From NCBI GenBank assembly GCA_034780895.1, contig JAUZTB010000048.1:16167615-16231381 (forward strand): DNA of 63,767 bases, given 5' to 3'. Within the stretch, counting starts at the first letter, position 1; each line of letters starts with the position of its first letter. The position numbers and the translations under genes are program-made. This document shows, in pieces, positions 52,686 to 63,767 of the stretch. Source of the stretch: Rhynchobatus australiae. Its lineage: Eukaryota. The notes beneath the pieces are model-generated. The model saw only the letters and a list, made by a program, of their open reading frames with translations. It was not told the DNA's origin and made no database searches.

Positions 52686-55600
52686 GATTATCGTACAAAA
52701 CCATTTTGCTGCAGCGCTTGTCCATTTGCATCCAAATTTTTTTCTGCCTACAAAAGCCATTTCAGAAATGTTCATAGTGAAGATTTTGAAAACAAAATCC
52801 TGATTAATTGCCCTTATTGCCCATACAATGCTGACAGAAAGACCCTGGAGACCCATATCAAGATATTTCATGTCCCTCTTTGGAAAGTACCTAGTGGAGG
52901 CAAGAATGCACACCATGAAAAGTCAAAGCAGGATAGCAATCTTAAACTGAAACATGCTGACAGTGTGGAACAAGCAGTCTATTACTGTAAGAAGTGTACT
53001 TACCGAGATCCGCTTTATGATGTTGTCAGAAAGCATATTTACAGGGAACATTTTCAGCATGTGGCAGCCCCTTATGTGGCAAGAACAGGAGACAAATCAG
53101 TGAATGGAACATTTTCTGCCACTAATGGAAGAGAGGATGGGACTGTGCATTGTAAACGTTGTCTCTTCATACCCAAAACTTATGAAGCCTTGGTGCAGCA
53201 TGTTATTGAAGACCATGAAAGAATAGGGTACCAAGTAACAGCAATGATAGGACATACTAATGTGNNNNNNNNNNNNNNNNNNNNNNNNNNNNNNNNNNNN
53301 NNNNNNNNNNATGACAAGCCCTTAGCTGCTGGAAATTATCAGAGTGTGAAAAGTTCAATGCAGCAGAATATGAATCGTGTATCTATGTCCAAAAACACAC
53401 AGAATTCTGCTGTCAATCTTATGTCGGGTAGTAGTCGTCTGCCACCAAAATATGCTGTTTCATCAATGGCACATAACTATTCTTTGGGTCAACAAATGAG
53501 GCTCCCTCTGCCAGGTGGTTTACCAGTTCCTCTTCAGCAGCGATCACAAACCGTAAAACAATTAATATCTGGTGGCAATGGACGGCAGTATGGAGTTGGT
53601 GCTGGTGAACAGAGGCGACCATCACAGATGCAATATAACGTTCAATCAGGAAGCTTGACTGGTAATAGTGGATCCAGTCAATTATCAATGAAACAGTCAC
53701 AATTCAGTATTTCTCAAGCACAAAGGATGCAAGGATTATCTACTTCATCAGTAAAGTCATTAGCTTCCCCAACAGGCCTAAGTAATTCTGCTAGCCAGAG
53801 TCCTGCATTGGCTGGGTCTGCTGCTCAGAAGTGGAAGATTTGCACAATGTGTAATGAGCTTTTCCCAGAAAGTGTGTACAGCATACACTTTGAAAAGGAG
53901 CATAAAGCTGAGAAGATCCAGGCTGTAGCTAATTACATTCAGAAGATCAATAGTTTCACAAGCAAATGTCTCTACTGTAACCGTTATTTACCAAGTGAAA
54001 CGCTGCTCAACCACATGCTTATACATGGACTCTCGTGTCCCTACTGCCGTTCCACTTTCAATGATGTTGAAAAGATGGCTGAACATGTAAGAATCCTTCA
54101 TATTGATGAAGAAGTGGGACCCAAGACTGAATCAACGTTAACTTTTGATTTGTCTACACAGAAAGGTAGCCGCAGTAATATACAGCTCCATGTTACTACA
54201 TACAGTACCTCTGAGAGTGCCTCTGTGGAGAATACAAATTATCGGCCCCAGAATCAGAACTTGGCATTTAGAAAGCCAGAAGGGCAGTTGCAGCAGCCGA
54301 AACCACAAGTCAAATCTAAAATAAAGCCAGATTTGAATTCTATACCTCAAACCCAAATACCCTATAAAAATGATGTTGGCAAAACCCTTTGTCCGTTGTG
54401 CTTCTCTATTTTGAAGGGCCCAATATCTGATGCTTTGGCACACCATTTGAGGGAACGACATCAGGTGATACAAACAATTCATCCAGTGGAAAAAAAGCTT
54501 ACCTATAAATGCATTCATTGTTTGGGAGTCTACACAAGTAACATGACAGCCTCTACCATAACGTTGCATCTGGTGCACTGTAGAGGTGTTGGAAAAGCAC
54601 AGAATGGCCAGGATCGAAGTCTTGCTCATGCCAAGGTAACACACTCACCAAGTGTAATGCCCATGAAACGAGAATATGAGTATGAATATGGGGACTTTGC
54701 TTTAATGAAAAAAAGGAAATTGGATGGTGAGGAAACTGTTCAGAGCTTTACCTTGGGAGAGGATAAACCAGAGGAGCCTGTAGTTTTAGCTATTGATCCC
54801 AAGGGGTATGAGGATGAGTCCTATGAGGCCAGAAAAATGTTCCTTACAAACTATTTTAACAAGCAACCTTACCCAAGCAGAAGGGAAATTGAAAAGTTGG
54901 CAGCTGGCTTATGGTTATGGAAATCGGATATTGCTTCCCACTTTAGCAATAAGAGGAAGAAATGTGTTCGAGATTGTGAGAGGTACAGGCCAAAGGTATT
55001 GCTTGGATTTAATATGATGGAGATGCGAAAAGTAAAGCACAATATGGACTTTGGGCCTACTTGGAATTTGCTAAATAACAAAGAAATAGATGGCAAGGAA
55101 CCTGCTACTTTAAAATCAAGCATGGAAAAAGTAAATCAGAAACTGGAGAAAGAAAGAAGAGATTTGAGTCTGGGATCAGAAAAATTGGAGGGAACTATTT
55201 TAGATTTGAGCTCCCAAATGGAGGAAAATTCAAATCCAAACTTGGGAAAGATGAAAGGGAGAGCTGTGAACCCGTGTTCAGAACGAATGGAGGGAACTGC
55301 TTTGGACTTGAGCACTCAGATGGAAGAAAGACCTTCAAACGCCAGCTCTGCAATGGTGGAGGGAACGNNNNNNNNNNNNNNNNNNNNNNNNNNNNNNNNN
55401 NNNNNNNNNNNNNNNNNNNNNNNNNNNNNNNNNNNNNNNNNNNNNNNNNNNNNNNNNNNNNNNNNNNGCCATTAGATTTGAGTGCTCAGATGGTAGAGGA
55501 AAGTCCTTCAATCAAGAGCACTGAGATGGTAGAAGAAAGTCCTTCAAATGTGAGTTCTGAGATGGTGGCAGAGAGTCCTTCAAATGTAAGTTCTGATATG

Positions 55601-56470
55601 GTGGAGGGAAGTGCTTTAGATTTGAGTTCCCAGATGGTGGAGAAAAGCCCTTCAAGCATGAGCGCTGAGATGGTGGAGGAGAGCCCATCTAATATGAGTG
55701 CTGACATGGTGGAAGCAAGCCCTTCAAATACGAGTCCTGATAATATGGAGGAAAATGCTTCAAATACTTGTGGTGGTGAAGATTTGTCATCAAGTGAAAT
55801 GAGTGGTTTGCAGAGTAGGGAAGAAACTTCTGAAATGGTTCCTGAAGAGTTCAATAATGAATTGCAAAAACCTGCATTTACAGAAACTGCATCATTAAAG
55901 GATGATGTTTCAAATATGGATGAAGAGCAGTATCCTGAGCCATCTTCAGAATCGAAAGATAAAGAATCAGAAAGTGAAGATTCAGAAGAACTTTCTGAAT
56001 GCAAAGATGCTGGTTCACCAGCTGAGGACGGACTAGTATCTCCACAAGCATCTGATCAGGAAGATGTTTCGTCTGAGCTGAAGCAAGAGTTTTGGATCAA
56101 ACGACCATGGACAGATGATGTATCCCAAAGTGAAGAGGAGGAAGAGCCCCCTCGGACCTCTGAACCAAAAGCTGCATTGGAAAATGACGAGCAAAATTGG
56201 GGAGAGGGGCCAGGTGAATGGAGTGGAACACCATTCCAAAATGAAGGAGAAAAGTGGGCCAAAGAACGGTCTGAATGGAAGAATGTTTCACCAGAAAATG
56301 AGGAAAGTTTGTCTAATCCGTTGTTAGAATGGCAAGGTAACACAGCAGATAGTGAAGGCGAGGAGCTTGATCAGCTCCTCGATCAGTCAAATGACGGTCT
56401 CTCCGATAATGTGGCAGAACCTGTTTGTGGATCTTCATCAGGTGTTGGGTTAAGTAGTCAACCTGCATAA
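52686..56470 (+). CDS. ADNP: ADNP large terminal coding exon: nine zinc fingers, NLS, homeodomain, PxVxL motif, repeat insert, acidic tail ending GVGLSSQPA* (two N gaps inside)
   Basis: tttcag acceptor, then [14 protein letters not shown]. Zinc fingers run from CCSAC..HFRNVH to CIHC..HLVHC; KKRKLD NLS; homeodomain [47 protein letters not shown]; PKVLL. ORF 52674..55475 and ORF 55274..56470 join across the 100-N gap at 55368-55467. Confidence 0.95.
55185..55770 (+). repeat. Coding minisatellite in ADNP, ~36-bp (12-aa) degenerate unit, about 13 visible copies
   Basis: Recurring gagatggt(g/a)g(a/c)(g/a)ga(a/g)agtccttcaaat units; protein units [12 protein letters not shown] and [12 protein letters not shown]. 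Confidence 0.9.
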
Positions 56471-57442
56471 AGTTTGACTGTGTTTGGGGTCTTGCTGTGA
56501 AATGTGTGCAGTATCTTAAAATGAAAGAAGCCAGTGTATAAAATCTGAAGGACTATTCAAAGGTACAGAATTACAGATGGGGGTTGGGGGGCAGTAAAAT
56601 GTAACCAGTTTTGTTGCATTTTGCCCTCGGGTTGCTTTACAGTTGTACAAAAGTGGCATTGTAATTTACTTTCTAAATGTTTTCTCATTTACCTATGGTA
56701 GTGAAAGGCCAACATGTACTTACTGGTTAACAGTGTACTGTACTATAGATTTCAATAAGACCTTTAAGTTTGTTATATTCATTTACTCAGTCTGCGTAGC
56801 TGGAATGTATATTTCTACGGTTTTAGAGCCATTCTAAGTGAAGCTTATCGTATAGGTCTTGTGTACTTGTTCTAGATTTACTGTATGATTCACCTTTTTT
56901 TAGTGATGCCCCTGCTGTCAAATAAATGCAGCATTTAGTTCACTTGATAACTGCTTGAAGGAGGTTGTGCTGTAGTGTCTGTCAACATTATTATAAAACT
57001 AGTTTTTATTGCACATATCCTTATACAACTTTGGTAGCATTTGGCCAGTAGCTTACTGAACATAATAACTGGCCTTAATGTAATATGGCAAATTGCTGTT
57101 TAATGTATCCTTTGCTCCAATATTGATGGTTACTGGCATTTCAAATGTTAATGCATTTTTAAAGTCTCCCTTCAACCTAAATTACTTACAGAACTAGGAA
57201 TGAAATTCATAATATGCTGATTTCACTAATTTGTGTTTTGGATCAGCGCACATGGTGAATTGGGTAAAACATGGCAAATATTTAGAAATGCCTAGTTTTG
57301 CCTATTTCAAGGTTATATGTTAGGGATAAACACCATTATGGTGTTTGTATACATTGTATCATCTATGTAATAGTGTCTGTGTAGTAAATTTCATTTTTGT
57401 GATCTTTATTTTCCTTTGTACTTTTCATTTACACTTCTGGAA

Positions 57443-57448
57443 AATAAA
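57443..57448 (+). terminator. ADNP: Candidate ADNP polyadenylation signal (other AATAAA at 56921 and 57525)
   Basis: AATAAA about 1 kb after the stop, with upstream TGTA elements and a downstream T/GT-rich tract. Confidence 0.5.
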
Positions 57449-60051
57449 ATGCTTTATCGTACTTTATTGTGTATGATATTTACATGCATTTTACATTATG
57501 TACTTGACATAGTGGACAGTTTTAAATAAAATGTAGTCCCCTATATCAGTTTCATAAAGACCCATTTAATTATGGATGTGATTTGTAACATTTTGTAAAC
57601 CATTTTGAAGCTACAAATATTCAGCAGAAATGATCACTTACCTTTTAGTTTGATAGGGGTACGCCTTGAATTACTGCTGCATTCTTGGTTATGTTTTGTG
57701 AATTTAATGTGTGTACATTCAGTGTGCATGCTGTGAGCTTTAATTGCTTATAATGTTGTTTCTTCATGACTAATTAGTTGTAATGAATCAGTAACCAGTG
57801 CCTGTGTAAATCTCTGTAAAGTTGGATACCATGCAATCTAGCATGGATAAATGTTAATGCATTAATTTGTACTTCAATTTTGAAGATAGACTAATTCAAG
57901 TCTGATTGGGAGTCTTTCACTTTTTTTTGCAGGTTCTACTAAGATGTTGATCTACATCTTTGTTTCATGTTATTAAGATTGTATAAGCAATTTAATTTCA
58001 GATACCCCTTTCAATTTAACAGATACTAGTATGTTTAGACANNNNNNNNNNNNNNNNNNNNNNNNNNNNNNNNNNNNNNNNNNNNNNNNNNNNNNNNNNN
58101 NNNNNNNNNNNNNNNNNNNNNNNNNNNNNNNNNNNNNNNNNNNNNNNNNNNNNNNNNNNNNNNGTGTGCTGCTGGTAGTTTAGCATTTATTGCTCATACC
58201 TTAATTGCCTTTGAACTGCATGACTTGGTAGGTGAATGGCATTGTTGTTGGCCTAGATTTCTTCTTAGACCAAACTGGCCAGGGCAGCAGATTTCCTTTA
58301 CTTGAAGGGGTTTAGTTTCAATCTCATCACTAGTAATTAAGAAAGATTCATTTACTAGAGTAATTTAAATTGGCAGCTGCAATATTGGAAGTTCCAATTG
58401 CCAGATCATTAGTCAAGGCTTGAGGATTATATTTCTGGGAAAATATTTAATGGAAGTGTAGGTTGCACCACATGGATACGCTGGCTTTTGGGACCTACTT
58501 TCCAAAGTCAATTATAGTAACTGCTAATACAGGAGTTGCTCTTTTATATTTAAGAAATTTGAAGAATTCATAATGTCATCGGTTATTTTAGCAATGGAGT
58601 ATAGTTTATTCTATTTTGTGTACTTTTTAAATTCAAAATGTGACTACAGTGCATACTTATTACCTTCAGCCATTTAAATCTTTACACTTGCAAGTTGTCC
58701 TAATTCTCTCGCACTTGGTGACATTCATTTCAATTGTTTTTATTTGCATTGGGGCATAATATGCTGTGTTGTTATATATGATGTACAGTATCCTAGTGTT
58801 AAAAGACTGAAATGGTGTATTTTGTGTTCCTCTTTTGTATGTTTTGATAATACATTTGTAAACTTAATTTTTTTAATCATGAGCAATGCTATTTGGAATG
58901 TTGCACCTTTTAATGTTGGCTGACTGCTCCAGGGGTTAGAATTTGTATGATTCCCAAATAATGTCAAAGTCTCTTGAGCTCAATTGCTAACATTTTGCCC
59001 TCTGACTAAAAAGTTAGAGATCCGCATTTATTTTTGAAGCATCAAGGCATGGTCCAATTGCAAAGAACCAATGCAGATATGGGAGGTTGAATGTGCACTG
59101 AATATGTGATTGAGGAAACTGCATCTGAAATAACTCCTGAATATGCTATGCAGCATGCTTACATAACTTAATTGGTTTAACTTAATAAAATTATTCTAGA
59201 AGTCAGCCATAGAATAGGCTGCAGCTGCAATGTGAATTTTAAGAAAATAACTAGCTATATCTTGGTTTGGTAATGCATTTCAACTTTTTGCTTTGATAAG
59301 AGCTGCAAGGAACTGAAATCAAAAATTAAATATAAAGTACATCTATTTCTTTGCATAGCATCTTCCTGAAATTGTTATTTCAGTGTTTCTAATTGTTATC
59401 TGTTCAAAGGAAGTTATACCAGGATCAATTTTTTTTAAATCTTTATTTTTAGAGCTACCTTGTAGGCTTGCAAAAGATTGCATTTAGAACAGTAGCAATT
59501 AATTTGCCCTGGAGTCATAGCTTGTTTTTGTGCTTGGTTCTAGCATTTTTATAAAACTACTAAAAGTGATGGTGGAATCTCTGCCTTTGGTATAATTTAC
59601 AGTTGAAGCTCCTCAGTCATTTGTGCTGGTGTAGTCGATGGCAGACAAATTGTACTGAGCACACTGGCCAGAAGTTTCTGCTTGTGTGTGATACTATCAC
59701 CAACTTTGCAAGAGCACTGTGAAATTAGGATGAAAATACGTAATCAATTTTAACCACAGAAATGGTGCTGATATACAGAGTAAACTGACAGAAGGATTAT
59801 ATAGCTGCTCTAGTAACTGGAGGGAAAAAAGGTGATAATGTATTTGAACTAGCTGAATCAAAGTTAGTTAATCTTGCACATTTGTAAAAGTCCCATTCTC
59901 TAGCATTAAACTGAAACTTTGCATATGGTACAGTGTAAGAAGCAAACTTTAAGTCCTATCAAGTTATCTTCAATATTCTTTAACCAAAACATGCCTCCCT
60001 TAATCAACAAAGCCAAAAACAGATTAACTAGACATTCTCCTGTTGTGCATA

Positions 60052-60110
60052 ATATGTGTGTGTGAGTGTGTGTGTGTATGTATATATATAATGTGTGTGT
60101 ATGTACATAC
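60052..60110. repeat. Compound (TG)n/(TA)n microsatellite
   Basis: Seen directly. Confidence 0.85.
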
Positions 60111-61699
60111 AAAATAAAGTCTCATTTCACTGTCGACTGCACTTTCCTGTCTGGTCCTCCATACCCTCATCACCAAAGTTTGAAAATCTACTGAGCTTCC
60201 ATAGTTCTCGAGATGATAAATTCCAAAGATTTGAGTGAAGGAAAAATCTCTTCTACTCTGTGGTGAAACTGACTCTTGGTGCTGATTTCCCATAACAGGA
60301 AAAAGTCATGTGGCATTTACCTATTTAACCATCTTAGGANNNNNNNNNNNNNNNNNNNNNNNNNNNNNNNNNNNNNNNNNNNNNNNNNNNNNNNNNNNNN
60401 NNNNNNNNNNNNNNNNNNNNNNNNNNNNNNNNNNNNNNNNNNNNNNNNNNNNNNNNNNNNNNNNNNNNNNNNNNNNNNNNNNNNNNNNNNNNNNNNNNNN
60501 NNNNNNNNNNNNNNNNNNNNNNNNNNNNNNNNNNNNNNNNNNNNNNNNNNNNNNNNNNNNNNNNNNNNNNNNNNNNNNNNNNNNNNNNNNNNNNNNNNNN
60601 NNNNNNNNNNNNNNNNNNNNNNNNNNNNNNNNNNNNNNNNNNNNNNNNNNNNNNNNNNNNNNNNNNNNNNNNNNNNNNNNNNNNNNNNNNNNNNNNNNNN
60701 NNNNNNNNNNNNNNNNNNNNNNNNNNNNNNNNNNNNNNNNNNNNGTTGGGTGCTAAATAGAAATATCTGGTGTTGCCAAAATATTTTCTGCATCTGTTCT
60801 AGCATCATGTCTTTATTTGCACAGGTGCATGTTCCTGGGTAGTCTGTTCTTGTGTGGACACAAGAGCTGGTCTCTGGATGCTGATGATAAATCCTTTGGA
60901 TTTCCCAAACAATACCTGCAATATGGAAGATATGGTTTGACATGGGACCCTGATGGTGACTCTGTCTACTTGTCCCTAGCTATCAGTACACGGATACAAG
61001 AGCTATTAGCACTTGAGATTCTCCTTCCATGGAGGTGCTCAGAACTAGCCCTTGTTGGGAGTCATAGCTGCACTTCCCAATCAAAAGTACATTATGCTCC
61101 TATGTGTTTGTACTAGCCTGCCATTTGATTTTAATAGCTGTGGTGCAAGAAGAATGATCAATGCCTTTGGGAATATGTGATCAAAATAATAACATTAGTC
61201 AAGATGGCCAAATTTGGGATAAAGCTTTAAGCTGGGGTCCTTATATCCTCTTCAATCCTAGTGGTTTCCCTTCCCTGATCCTTGATTTGCTTGCACTCTA
61301 TAAAGATTGTAGAAATCAGATATCTGGTACAATTTACCAAGGTGGTTAGATGTGGTCAGATATTGTAATTCACTAGGCCCAACCCCTCCGTCAAAATGCA
61401 TCTGGATTATTAGGGAAGCGGAATGAGTCCTGATGCAGGGTTTTGAAACATTGACAGTTCCTTTCCTCCCACAGATGCTGCTTCACCCACTGAGTTCTTC
61501 CAGCAGATTGCCGTTCCAGAGATAATTTGTCTTCACCATTAAACATCTCTAAATCCCAATGTGCTCACTTACCCTCACCAATGACTGCAAGTAAATAATA
61601 AGATTGAGGTTTAAAAATATTGGTTGCCTTTTCTGCTACCTCCTTTTGAGCATCTCCTAATATCTGCTGACTTTAGTTTTGATTAATATCTACCTTAAA

Positions 61700-62530
61700 A
61701 CCATAGAACTGCATAGCACAGGAACAGCCCTTCAGCCACGATGTCTGTGCTGAGTATGATATCAAATTAGACTAATCCCTTCTGCCTGCATGTGAACCAT
61801 ATCTATTCCCTGGATGTTCGTGTGCCTATCTAAAAAGCCTCTGGAACACCATTATTATATTTGTTTCCACAACCACCTCTGGCAGCATGTTCCACGCATG
61901 TACTGTTTTTGTTTTTAAAAAAATATCTTGGCCCACCCATATCCTGTCAACNNNNNNNNNNATTTTCTATCCTGGAAAAAAAATTCTGGCTGTCTACCCT
62001 ATCTATGCCTCTCATAATTTTATAAACCTATCAGGACTCCCCTCAGCCTCTGATTCTCCAGAGAAAATAATCAAAGTTTGTTCAATCTCTCCTGATAGCT
62101 AATGCTCTCTAATCCAGGCAGTATCCTGGTAAACCTCTTATGAACTCTCTCCAAAGCCTCCACATCCTTCCTGTAATGGGGTGACCAGAACTGCATGCAG
62201 TACTCCATGTGCCACCTAACCAAATTTTTATACATCTGCAACATGACTTCCTGACCCTATTCCCCTAGCTTGGAAGGCAAGCATGCCATACACCTTTACC
62301 ACTCTACCTACTTGCTACTTTCAAGGAGCTATGGACTTGGACCCCAAGATCCCTCTGTACTTAAGTGGTGTTAAGGATCCTGCCTTTGACTGTATATGTT
62401 CCCCTTACATTTGCCTGGATTAAACTTCATCTGTCATTTCACCACCCATAACTAACTGATCCATATCCAGCGGTACCCTTTACCAACCTTCTTCACTGTC
62501 CAAAACTCAAGTCTCTCCAAGCTTATTTTG
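61700..62530 (-). mobile_element. CR1 LINE 3' fragment, same family as 37510-38210
   Basis: Shares long blocks with that copy, e.g. acaggaacag..cttcagcc..acgatgtctgtgc and aatccaggcag..atcctggt..ctccaaagcctccacat. Confidence 0.8.
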
Positions 62531-63767
62531 TCTTGACACAAACCTGATTCATTTTCCAATATCATAATTATGCATTTGCTGCAACTTTGTACTGTACCTC
62601 CATTATAAACCAACTCTTCAAAAAAAAATTTGCCCTCAACTGACCTGTCTCCACTCTCCCTTTCCTCTAATTTGAATATGTAATTGCTCTGAAATCTGTT
62701 TGCATTAAACATGGAGTTATCGTAGACACACATGTCTGCTTCTGATTCATGTTTCACCTCAAATTCCTCTTCATTATTCATTGTTAGGCATTCAGTTGTC
62801 TGCCAAGGGACATCTTTTCAAACCCTAGACCATTTACTTTGGAGTCCATAAATATGCTCTTGATTCCTTATCAGTGTAATGGTTTCATGTACTTTGCAGT
62901 TCTGCCTCTTCTCCCCATCAATCCTCCACTACCTTAATGTTGAAAGGCTACCAGATCTGCGATATTAGATAAGCTACAACTTCCTTCAGTTAATTATCTC
63001 GAAGACTAAAGCTGCTGTCTTCATCCCTAACATACTCTCATTTTCCTTGCGATCAACTTTCAACCCTTTTGGCAACTGTGGCCTAACCAGATTATTTGCA
63101 ATTTGAAGCAAGTTTCTCACCTCTCATCTCGATCATAATTTCTTTAAAACTACCTTTAATTCATGCCTTTTGGCTAATCTGCAGCTTAAACTTCCTTCCA
63201 ACTTTGACCAAGCTTGATTTATTAAATGCTACACTGTCAGGCCTCTCCCATTTCATCTTTCAAAATGTATGGTTTTATCTTGTTCTTTATCAAGATACTT
63301 GTATCCTTGATGACTATATCTTACCTCAAAAATAAAATACTCATCTTCAAATTATATCATGGTAACATTTCTTTACACTGGAAACACCTTTTGCCTTGCA
63401 AGCACCATGTTCCAAACTATTTTTCTCCAGATCTGATGTTTTGTGCCAACTATCTCACTTTTCCCCTCAAATGTCTACACCTGTTCCTCCCCTAATCAAT
63501 TCTTTACACAGTCACTTTTATCAGTAACTGCCTTGTAATATCCTAAAAATGGACGCAAAATCATATGGGGAAAAATGTTTAGTTTAATAGAGGCAATTAC
63601 TTTGAAAGTGCACACAAGTTAAATCTCTCAAACAATCCATCCCAGTGAAGATTAGTAAAGAAAATCAGAGAAACTGATGGCAAAAGCTACTGCTTGCTAA
63701 TTTAATGGATGTTTAATAGCTTGAAGTGCTTTCATGCTAAATTGGCATATTTGCTTTGGTAATTCAG

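Noticed and set aside
53265-53310. 46-N gap in ADNP as a possible intron or frameshift
   Set aside because: The frame is preserved, and the 16 masked codons match the length of the human segment as recalled (VVPRSKPLMLIAPKPQ).
55486-56343. Antisense ORFs (172 aa, 95 aa and others) over the ADNP tail
   Set aside because: These are shadow frames of the repetitive, Glu/Ser-rich sense CDS, with no independent evidence.
55274-56470. 398-aa ORF as a separate gene, or ADNP as a frameshifted pseudogene
   Set aside because: It is the ADNP C-terminus. The frame change falls inside a 100-N placeholder gap.
60276-60943. Long ORFs spanning N runs (also near 17600, 20400, 31200, 32500 and 44800)
   Set aside because: Their length comes from X residues in assembly gaps.

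Overview
Vertebrate genomic DNA from a gapped scaffold. The CR1/L2 LINEs, HE1/V-SINE-like tRNA-derived SINEs and Penelope remnants suggest a cartilaginous fish; this is inference only. The window holds two + strand genes in tandem. (1) DPM1, dolichol-phosphate mannose synthase catalytic subunit: the last seven coding exons (3172-17383, 173 aa plus stop; the N-terminal exons lie upstream of the window). (2) ADNP: a CpG-island promoter and non-coding first exon at about 23450-24346, a ~24 kb 5' intronic region, and three coding exons (48680-48787, 51696-51788, 52686-56470) encoding nine C2H2-type zinc fingers, an NLS, a homeodomain and a PxVxL HP1 motif. The most unusual signal is in the ADNP C-terminus: an apparently lineage-specific coding minisatellite (36 bp / 12 aa unit) with four xLDLS motifs, one of them a canonical PLDLS CtBP-binding motif, plus many Ser-Pro sites. 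A 100-N gap inside the array creates a false frameshift. This ADNP also lacks the NAPVSIPQ peptide and has ARKM in place of ARKS. Introns contain a solo LTR nested in a LINE, a pair of TA-flanked MITEs and many LINE/SINE relics. Almost all other ORFs in the track are spurious or TE debris. Comparisons with human sequences are from memory and were not computed.
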